Shown one piece after another: positions 38,017 through 43,122 of a stretch of DNA of 43,122 nucleotides (positions are counted from its first letter, which is position 1; every line of letters starts with the position of its first letter). Under the pieces are notes generated by a model. It saw only the letters and a program-made list of their open reading frames with translations. It did no database searches and was not told the DNA's origin. The position numbers and the translations under genes were made by a program. The stretch is taken from contig JBILDU010000011.1 of assembly GCA_044352465.1 (NCBI GenBank), positions 1-43,122 of the forward strand. Direction: 5' to 3'. This stretch comes from Bdellovibrionota bacterium. GTDB lineage: Bacteria > Bdellovibrionota_C > UBA2361.

Positions 38017-38793
38017 ATGAACGCTCCGTCACAACACGATGACGACCGAACTCCCGTGTCCTCTAATCTCGCGTCCTCTAATCTCGCGTCTTCGGCGTAT
38101 CTCTTTAATGCCTCATTCTCGGAGCCCCTGGCCGAGATCCGTCGAAACTTCGTTATGAGGAGAGCGCAAGAGATCGCTCCCCCGCATACGCCCCTCACGA
38201 CCCCTCCGGGTCGATTTCTCCATCAAGAGAGCGGCATTCTTTTTCACTCCCGATCGGAGGCGGCATGCGCAACGCTCATGTCTCGGCTCATACCGGGGTA
38301 CCGAATCGTTGAAGGGGTGAGCTACGAGATTCCCGTGAGTGCTAATAAACACGGCCATATGCGCACGGTGGACTTCCTCGTCGCCGGTGTTCTCGTCGAA
38401 TTTCACCCTGTGCGACTCTGGCGTAGTGGGCGCCAGTTCGGAGACTTCCAGAGCCGCGAGGAATGGCGCAAGTTCCTCAAGAAATACCACCGCTGTCCTC
38501 AACGTGACCGGGCGAGCTTCAAAGCGGAAAAGATGCAAGAACTCGAGGATCGCTACACCGAAAAGAGGCTCCGAGCGATCGGTGAAAACCCAGCGCTCTT
38601 CGGCAAGGAGCTTATCGTTGCCACATCGTCTGCCGATTTCTATGAGAAAGTAATCGACCGCTTCGCCCCCCGGCCCCCCTCTCTGCGTGATTTTCTCGAA
38701 CTATTCGAGAAAGCGAAGGGGGAAGTTACCGATGTAAAATATCAGGGCGGGCGGAAGGCACCGCCCAACCGTTCGAGCTCACGCAAACGGTAG
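38017..38793 (+). CDS. Hypothetical protein with PD-(D/E)xK-like nuclease motif
   Basis: FHSRSEAACA..RTVDFLVAGVLVEFHP resembles the S..E / DF..VE motifs of restriction-endonuclease-like folds; GGAG SD; perfect 15-bp duplication at 38058-38087. Confidence 0.6.
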   Translation: MNAPSQHDDDRTPVSSNLASSNLASSAYLFNASFSEPLAEIRRNFVMRRAQEIAPPHTPLTTPPGRFLHQESGILFHSRSEAACATLMSRLIPGYRIVEGVSYEIPVSANKHGHMRTVDFLVAGVLVEFHPVRLWRSGRQFGDFQSREEWRKFLKKYHRCPQRDRASFKAEKMQELEDRYTEKRLRAIGENPALFGKELIVATSSADFYEKVIDRFAPRPPSLRDFLELFEKAKGEVTDVKYQGGRKAPPNRSSSRKR

Positions 38794-38809
38794 CGCCCCC
38801 GCTTCTCTT

Positions 38810-39433
38810 TTAAGCCGCGCTCTTCTCACGAAGCCGTTGCATCAGCCCCTCGAACTTCTCCTTACGGATGATTCCGGCGAACTCGTTGCGATAGTTAGCG
38901 ACAAGCCCGATGTTCTCGATGACCACATCGTACACCCGCCACGTGCCTTCTTGGTTAAGGAGCTTATACTCGATCGGGAACTGATCTCCCTTATGGGTAA
39001 CCGTCGTACGAACAAGCGCCTTTGAGCCCTCGAGCTTCTCACTGTCGATGGTCACCATGCCCGGCTTCACCGTCTCGATCCGCGATAGATAAGTCTTCGA
39101 AAGAAGGCCTGAGAACACATCCACGAAATCCTTCTGTTGATCCCCCGTGCAGTTACGCCACTCCGCTCCGAGAGAGCGCTTCGCCATCTCTGCAAAATCG
39201 AAGCGGGGATTGATAACCTGACGCAACTCGGCGCGGCGCTTTGTGGTATTTTCATCGCCCGGAAAGATCTGAGCGATACGGACGACCTCGTTAATGACCG
39301 CCTCAACCTCGCTCTTCGGCGAGACTATCTGCTGCGCGACAGGCGGGGGATTTTCAGCCCAAAGCCCACCCGGCATCCCGAGGAAAAGTAACCCAAGAGA
39401 GAGTCCAATAATCGTCTGTCGCATAGCTATCAC
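38810..39433 (-). CDS. mlaC: Phospholipid-binding periplasmic protein MlaC/Ttg2D
   Basis: Signal peptide; FDFAEMAKRSLG and WRVYDVVIENIGLVANYRNEF. Confidence 0.93.
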   Translation of the reverse strand: MIAMRQTIIGLSLGLLFLGMPGGLWAENPPPVAQQIVSPKSEVEAVINEVVRIAQIFPGDENTTKRRAELRQVINPRFDFAEMAKRSLGAEWRNCTGDQQKDFVDVFSGLLSKTYLSRIETVKPGMVTIDSEKLEGSKALVRTTVTHKGDQFPIEYKLLNQEGTWRVYDVVIENIGLVANYRNEFAGIIRKEKFEGLMQRLREKSAA

Positions 39434-39477
39434 CTTTAAAATGTCCCTGACCGAACCCGCTAAAAGCTCACCGGAGC

Positions 39478-40026
39478 CTATTCGCTCTGCGCTTCAGCTT
39501 TCTTGTCCTCGTCTTTGTCGCCCCCCAAACTATGGACGAATTTGCCGATGACATCTTCAATATCAACCACAGACTCAGTCTCCGTAATCGTGCCCCCCGG
39601 TGGGATTAAAATATCCGAGGCACCCCGACTGATCTTCACATAGCGGTCACCGATTATACCCTTGGTTCGAATCGACGCGATATCATCGTCCCGTATCTGT
39701 ACCGCCGTTATGAGCTCGAGGGTCACCCGCGCTACCGGGTCTTTGAGGTCGATCTTTGTTACCGAGCCGATCGGCACCCCGGCGATCTCAACCGAGGCAC
39801 CGTGCTGGAGTCCGGAGATGTTATCGAACTCAGCATAGATCGTATACCGCCCCGTATCGAAGAGACGGAGCTCACCCAATCCGATGGCGAGATAACCCAC
39901 GGCTGCCACCGAGAGCAACGTAAAGAACCCCACGAAGAACTCGATTGAGAAACTACGCTTCGGTAACTGAATCTCCCCCGTGGGTGCCGTCACCGCGCCT
40001 ATGCTACTGGATTTTGATTGGTCCAT
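39478..40026 (-). CDS. mlaD: MCE-domain protein MlaD
   Basis: EFFVGFF TM; FDNISGL..GASVEIAGVPIGSV and SIRTKGIIGDRYV. Confidence 0.93.
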   Translation of the reverse strand: MDQSKSSSIGAVTAPTGEIQLPKRSFSIEFFVGFFTLLSVAAVGYLAIGLGELRLFDTGRYTIYAEFDNISGLQHGASVEIAGVPIGSVTKIDLKDPVARVTLELITAVQIRDDDIASIRTKGIIGDRYVKISRGASDILIPPGGTITETESVVDIEDVIGKFVHSLGGDKDEDKKAEAQSE

Positions 40027-40753
40027 CGATTCTCCCTTGTAGAAATTGCTGTACCGCTGGGTCCTCCGAGGCCAAGAGCTCCTCGGGGGTCCCCTCTGCG
40101 GCTACCTGAGCGTTCAAAAGCATGACAACTCGATCCGAGACCTGAAATACCTCGGGGATTTCGTGGCTAATAACGACACCCGTGAAACCCCACTGCTGCC
40201 GCGATGTCTTAATCAGATCGTATACCTCCTGACCCACCAAAGGATCGAGCCCGGTGTTCGGCTCATCGAAGAGGAGAAATTTTGGCTCGGTGATAAGCGA
40301 CCGCGCCATCCCGACCCGCTTTCGAATACCGATGGAGATCTCCTGAGGGTACGACCACGCATACTCAGTCAAACTGAGCGCCTCGAGCATCGCCACCACC
40401 TTCGAGTGTATCGCGATTCGATCGAAGTGCGTGCGCTCTTGCAGTGGAAAAGCGACGTTGTCGTAAACGTTCAGTGAGTCAAATAGGGCCGCCGATTGAA
40501 ACAACACCCCGAGCCCTGCCCGAATCTCATTTTTTTCAGCTTCACACTTCGCCGCGGTGATGCTCCTACCATCAACAAAGATCTCGCCAGATTCGGGAGA
40601 TAATATGCCCATAATGAGTTTGAGCAGCACCGACTTCCCGACCCCACTCGGCCCCACGACCGCAGTTGTCTCACCAGGCTTTATCTCAAGACTGACCCGA
40701 TCGAGAACAACCTGCGAACCGAACCGTTTGGAGACGTTTTGTACCGAAATCAC
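40004..40753 (-). CDS. mlaF: ABC transporter ATP-binding protein MlaF
   Basis: GPSGVGKS, LFQSAALFDS, signature variant ISIGIRKRV, FDEPNTGLDP and ISHE. Confidence 0.92.
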   Translation of the reverse strand: MISVQNVSKRFGSQVVLDRVSLEIKPGETTAVVGPSGVGKSVLLKLIMGILSPESGEIFVDGRSITAAKCEAEKNEIRAGLGVLFQSAALFDSLNVYDNVAFPLQERTHFDRIAIHSKVVAMLEALSLTEYAWSYPQEISIGIRKRVGMARSLITEPKFLLFDEPNTGLDPLVGQEVYDLIKTSRQQWGFTGVVISHEIPEVFQVSDRVVMLLNAQVAAEGTPEELLASEDPAVQQFLQGRIDGPIKIQ

Positions 40754-40764
40754 GCGCGGAGTTC

Positions 40765-41556
40765 TCAGTTCATGAAAAATCGGGTCAGAATACTCGTGAG
40801 GAAATAATCAACCACGAGGACCGCCACCGATGCGATAACCACCGATTGAGTCGTTGCTTTATTCACCCCAACGGCACCGAAGCCGCAGGTATAGCCCTTA
40901 TAGCAACTGACCCACCCGAAAATGATTCCAAAGACGAACGACTTGATGAAGCCGGAATATACGTCCATCGACTCCACGGCAGAGATCATCTGGCTCATAA
41001 AGGTTCCAGCGCTCAATCCCAGGAGCCCCACGCCGACGACATAACCACCAAAGATACCGATGACGATAAACAATCCCGTGAGGAGGGGCATCGCGATAAT
41101 CCCCGCGAGAAAACGGGGTGCCATGAGATATTTAATCGGATCAACCGCCATCGAGCGGAGGGCGTCGATCTGCTCAGTTATCCGCATGATGCCGATCTCA
41201 GCAGTGATCGCCGATCCCGCGCGACCGATGACCATCAATGCGGTAAGCACCGGCCCCAATTCACGGATGAGGCTCAGCGCAACCATCGAGCCGGTAAACG
41301 CAGTAGCACCGAATTTCGAAAGGGTGTACTCCCCCTGAACCGCGAGGACCGCCCCCGTGAAGATACCGATAAGTCCGATGACGAGCGAAGAGTTCACCCC
41401 GATCTGAAACATCTGGGTCAGAAAGAGATGGAATCGAAACGGTCGCTTGAAGATCGCCCCGACCGTGCGGGCCAAGAAGATCCACGCATCGCCCCACCGC
41501 TCAAGCGAATCGATTACCCCCCGCCCGAGCCGCTCGGTCGCTGCAATCACACCCAT
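40765..41556 (-). CDS. mlaE: ABC transporter permease MlaE
   Basis: IRELGPVLTALMVIGRAGSAITAEIGIMRITEQIDAL and GVNKATTQSVV. Confidence 0.95.
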   Translation of the reverse strand: MGVIAATERLGRGVIDSLERWGDAWIFLARTVGAIFKRPFRFHLFLTQMFQIGVNSSLVIGLIGIFTGAVLAVQGEYTLSKFGATAFTGSMVALSLIRELGPVLTALMVIGRAGSAITAEIGIMRITEQIDALRSMAVDPIKYLMAPRFLAGIIAMPLLTGLFIVIGIFGGYVVGVGLLGLSAGTFMSQMISAVESMDVYSGFIKSFVFGIIFGWVSCYKGYTCGFGAVGVNKATTQSVVIASVAVLVVDYFLTSILTRFFMN

Positions 41557-41622
41557 GGAATTTTCCTTACAGCATCGCTTTCGGCGCGAGGGGTTTATCA
41601 GAACCCTACGAACGCTCCGGCG

Positions 41623-42222
41623 CTACCCTTTGAGCCCAAGTCCGATAACATAGAACTCATTCGACGTTTTTCTCGTAGAATCGAGCTCCACTCGAGCCAA
41701 CTTATTAAACAACGGTCGCGCTGCTTTGACAAATGCATCCGTGTCGCCCCCCTTGAAAACCTTGGCGACAAAGCTTCCCCCCGGCCGCACCACCTGACCG
41801 GTCAACCACAAAGCCAACTCAGCACACGCAACAGTTCCGGCTTGATCAGCCTCCTTGATCCCGGTGAGTTTCGGCGACATATCGGAGATAACAACATCGA
41901 ACGGTCCACCGGCTTTTGCGAGAACGGTCGCGATAAAGCTCTCGTCCCGTGCATCCCCGGTAAGGAGATGGACGTTGTCGTAGCCGACCTCTTCAACTTG
42001 GACGAGGTCGATTCCGACCACAAGCCCAGCGGGCCCGACCCTCTCCGCCGCCACTTGAACCCATCCGCCCGGCCAAGATCCAAGATCGAGCACCTTCGCC
42101 CCCGGCTTTAAAAGGCCATATTTCTGGTCGATCTCTATCAGCTTATAAGCTGCCCGCGAGCGATAACCGGCGCTCTTCGCTTGATGATAGAAACGATCTT
42201 TTCGATTATAACCACTCGACAT
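41623..42222 (-). CDS. rlmE: 23S rRNA U2552 2'-O-methyltransferase RlmE
   Basis: GYRSRAAYKL, VLDLGSWPGGW, ISDMSP, FVAKVF and STRKTSNEFY. The ATG at 42222 is preferred over the track start at 42303. Confidence 0.94.
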   Translation of the reverse strand: MSSGYNRKDRFYHQAKSAGYRSRAAYKLIEIDQKYGLLKPGAKVLDLGSWPGGWVQVAAERVGPAGLVVGIDLVQVEEVGYDNVHLLTGDARDESFIATVLAKAGGPFDVVISDMSPKLTGIKEADQAGTVACAELALWLTGQVVRPGGSFVAKVFKGGDTDAFVKAARPLFNKLARVELDSTRKTSNEFYVIGLGLKG

Positions 42223-42434
42223 TATTGGGTTTCCAGCCTTAATCACCGGTGTAATGAGAGCATAATGACAAGCCACCGCCGGGGGAGCAAGGCGCGGACT
42301 CATCCAAGCGATCTCGTTTCACCCCCCAAAAAGTTATTTCATAACATTACGAGACTAGAAAAAGACTTGAAGTCGCGACGGAAATACCATATAGAATAAG
42401 AATAGAAACGGAGACCGCTCACACGGAGAAAACT

Positions 42435-42617
42435 ATGACCGAACTCGTCTTAAGTCTGGATATCTTCGCCGCGCTTTGCAGCATCGGCTTCCTCGCGAAA
42501 TTCATTATCTCGGGTAGCCCGATCGAGGACATCGTTCTTTTTGGCAAGGCCGAAAGAGTCAGCGGCGGAGAGAAGCGCTCCCTGATGAACCAACATATTC
42601 GCCGACGAACCGCTTAG
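42435..42617 (+). CDS. Small (60 aa) single-TM hypothetical protein
   Basis: GGAG SD spaced 6 nt from the ATG, an AT-rich upstream region, a hydrophobic N-terminal helix and a basic tail. Confidence 0.55.
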   Translation: MTELVLSLDIFAALCSIGFLAKFIISGSPIEDIVLFGKAERVSGGEKRSLMNQHIRRRTA

Positions 42618-42927
42618 TAGTCATCCCAGAAAGGGGGCTCATTCGGCTGGACTCAAGTCCCGAGATTCAAGAGGTCGGATTTAACTGAGCCGCCTTACGT
42701 AGAACCCAACATGCCCACTGAAAGCGTCTCATCGAAGTCCGTCGCGGACGCTTTGGATTGGGAAGGGCCTCAAGACACGTGCTCCCCCTTACGGGTCACC
42801 CTCGCACAACCTGAGGGGTAAGCTTCGATTAAAAGTTTGATTCACAAGTACGATGGGATAGCCCGCGGTTCGCCTCAAAACGAACTCAGCGGGCTCTCTT
42901 ATTATAGAAACGCCGATACCCTGTACA

Positions 42928-43122
42928 ATGTCCCCTAATTTTTGGAATATCTCTCCCGTGAACAACTCTCCCACTAACTCCCCAGAGACACTGCGAGACC
43001 TTAACCCCGAACAACGTCGGGCGGTCGAGCACCATACCGGCCCGATTCTTGTCCTCGCCGGCGCGGGCAGCGGCAAAACCCGTGTACTCACCCGTCGGGT
43101 GGCACACCTTGTGCTGCACCAC
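42928..43122 (+). CDS. pcrA: UvrD/PcrA/Rep family helicase (partial, runs off window end); start at 42928 ATG or 42958 GTG
   Basis: Not in the ORF track. Translation [40 protein letters not shown] contains the Q motif and Walker A. Confidence 0.9.
   Translation, partial: MSPNFWNISPVNNSPTNSPETLRDLNPEQRRAVEHHTGPILVLAGAGSGKTRVLTRRVAHLVLHH

Noticed and set aside
40846..42111. 421-aa + strand ORF and other long overlapping ORFs (e.g. 6344-7243, 4822-5544, 18489-19103)
   Set aside because: Antisense or off-frame shadows of well-supported genes in a GC-rich genome, with no motifs of their own.
42633..42790. tmRNA or tRNA (starts GGGGGCTCATTC)
   Set aside because: No T-loop or CCA 3' end, and too short for tmRNA.

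Overview
Bacterial chromosomal window from a GC-rich Gram-negative organism. The gene repertoire (sigma54 activators, pilD, mla, gatCAB, DUF4911) suggests a deltaproteobacteria/Bdellovibrionota-like lineage; this is inference. Most of the window is housekeeping: cinA (partial), an M23 peptidase, ruvX-mltG, a MoxR/DUF58/vWA cluster, gatCAB-DUF4911-ppiD, sthA, two sigma54-dependent response regulators, pepA, gyrA-gpsA, pilD, rlmE-mlaEFDC and uvrD/pcrA (partial). One accessory patch at about 12.8-17.3 kb holds an atypical orphan sigma-70 factor, two ~168-nt direct repeats (about 87% identical by hand count), two decayed transposases (ISNCY-type and IS66) and two Cys-rich secreted orphan proteins. 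Many differences between the two repeats preserve a multi-stem RNA fold on the + strand. This duplicated structured element is the most interesting signal. It may be an orphan IS110-type bridge-RNA-like leader or an undescribed ncRNA, and one copy starts 22 bp after the sigma factor stop codon. Secondary signals are a ChpT/Spo0B-like pseudo-histidine kinase, a degenerate REC-HD protein and recurrent 15-bp-period micro-repeats at gene 5' ends. No rRNA, tRNA or CRISPR array was seen.
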